In this document: piece by piece, positions 62,917-64,000 of the stretch | Numbering within the stretch: the first letter of the stretch is position 1 | Layout: the number at the start of each line of letters is the position of its first letter | Virus record (IMG/VR): IMGVR_UViG_3300035208_001992 | DNA: 64,000 bases | Direction: 5' to 3' (one strand) | From: a virus | Taxonomy: Duplodnaviria > Heunggongvirae > Uroviricota > Caudoviricetes | Made by a program: the position numbers and the translations under genes | The notes under the pieces: model-generated | What the model was told of the DNA's origin: nothing | Database searches by the model: none | What the model saw: only the letters and a program-made list of their open reading frames with translations

Positions 62917-64000
62917 ATGTCAGACAGCAGAGACATCGACATCAGCGACTTTCTTGACGTCGTTCTTGAAGAAGAGACAGCTCCTGCTGCCTCTCATGAC
63001 ATTGAGGACGCTAACAGCGTCGGCCTACGCTTTGGTTTCATCGGTGCAGGTCAAGGCGGCTGCAATCTGGTAACAACATTATGGGAAACGTTCGGCTATC
63101 GTCGATGCGTTCTTTTCAACACCACTGAGAAAGATCTCGGTCACACATCGATTCCGCAGTCGAATCACATTGTGCCAACTGGCTTCGACGGCGCTGGCAA
63201 GAATCGCGAGCGCGGCAATGCAGCTGCAGTTGCAGCTAAGGCTGACATCTTTGCGGCAATGCAAGAGCGCATTCGTGCAGTCGACTACATCTTCATCGTC
63301 ACGTCAGCTGGTGGCGGTTCAGGCTCTGGCGCATCTCCAGTGATTGCTGAAACTGCGCTTCAGTACATCAAGCAGGCGAACGGTCTCTCGACTGAAGAGG
63401 CTGCAAAGCGCATCGGCTTCATTGTCATGCTTCCAGAGCGCTCCGATGGCAGCGCTGTTGCACGCAATGCAGGTCAACTGCTGTCCGAAATCACAGTGGA
63501 CAACAAGTCCAAGTACGGTCCAATGCTGCTGATCGACAACCAGCGCGTCAAGACCATGGGTCGTGGAACACTCGGTGACTGGCAGGAGAAGTCTAACACG
63601 CTGACTGCACGTTTGTTCGACATCTTCAATTGCTTGGCCGCGCGTGACAGCCGCATGGCCACGTTCGATCCGACTGACTACAGCTCAGTGTTGTCGTCTG
63701 GCATCATCACAATTGGCATGAACGTGCTACGGCATGGCATCGAGCACGAGACGTCGATCTCAACGCAACTTCGTGCGAATCTCAATAGCAACCTGCTCGT
63801 TGATGGTCTCGATTTGACGCGCGGAACGCACGCAGTGCTGCTGATCGTCTCTGACGAGAAGAACCTCATGGCCGAGCACAGTACTGCAGCTCTTGGCAAA
63901 GCCAACGAAACGCTTCTTGCGCTTCTTGGCAATTCCGAGACCAAGCAAGTCGTGTTGCATCAAGGCGTGTACTCGACAAAGCAACCTGCTGTTCTCGTAT
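62917..64000 (+). CDS. Tubulin/FtsZ-family GTPase (PhuZ/TubZ-like), truncated by the right edge
   Basis: Translated by hand: FIGAGQGGCNL, FNTT.KD, GAGKNRERG, signature AGGGSGSG (63307-63330), T7-loop-like FDPTDY; AAGGAG RBS; open to the end of the window. Confidence 0.92.
   Translation, partial: MSDSRDIDISDFLDVVLEEETAPAASHDIEDANSVGLRFGFIGAGQGGCNLVTTLWETFGYRRCVLFNTTEKDLGHTSIPQSNHIVPTGFDGAGKNRERGNAAAVAAKADIFAAMQERIRAVDYIFIVTSAGGGSGSGASPVIAETALQYIKQANGLSTEEAAKRIGFIVMLPERSDGSAVARNAGQLLSEITVDNKSKYGPMLLIDNQRVKTMGRGTLGDWQEKSNTLTARLFDIFNCLAARDSRMATFDPTDYSSVLSSGIITIGMNVLRHGIEHETSISTQLRANLNSNLLVDGLDLTRGTHAVLLIVSDEKNLMAEHSTAALGKANETLLALLGNSETKQVVLHQGVYSTKQPAVLV

Noticed and set aside
1-64000. Stop-codon reassignment, as seen in some jumbo phages
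   Set aside because: Conserved genes are full length in the standard code, and TAA, TAG and TGA all end genes at coupled junctions.

Overview
The window is a 64-kb piece of a large, probably lytic, tailed (jumbo-type) bacteriophage genome in the standard genetic code. Genes run leftward on the - strand from 1 to 17181 and rightward on the + strand from 17794 to 64000, separated by a ~610-bp divergent control region. Left arm: small hypothetical proteins, a gamma-glutamyl cyclotransferase, low-complexity and histone-H1-like proteins, a 5'-3' exonuclease, type IIA topoisomerase subunits A and B, a pesticin-type lysozyme, an H-Y-E ADP-ribosyltransferase, and a minimal family-A/TV-Pol-like polymerase next to the control region. 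Right arm: a repair cluster (ATP-dependent ligase, PolX-PHP, HNH, HhH-GPD and DenV-like glycosylases, DEDDh exonuclease), a sigma-70 factor, dCMP deaminase, a head module (protease, scaffold, decoration-like protein, major capsid protein), a patatin, primase, SF2 helicase, baseplate hub-SLT and spike, tandem ThyX, a membrane hybrid histidine kinase, an MmcB-like nuclease, PolA, a degenerate DnaC-like protein, DnaB, a beta-clamp-like protein, a dNMP kinase and a truncated tubulin/FtsZ-family GTPase. Strongest leads: (1) a 13-nt motif AASNTTGTAAATA placed exactly 6 nt before the ATG of four genes (primase, PolA, the DnaC-like gene and a low-complexity protein gene), suggesting a leaderless-mRNA regulon; (2) a second, exonuclease-less polymerase with Gln at the steric-gate position beside a putative origin; (3) a complete phage-borne hybrid histidine kinase; (4) a second 20-nt leader motif and CACTTTAG operator arrays; (5) a self-contained base-excision-repair set and a tubulin plus H1-like nucleoid-organisation set. 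All assignments come from reading motifs by eye; no database searches were run. No tRNA, rRNA, CRISPR array, integrase, intron or intein was recognised.
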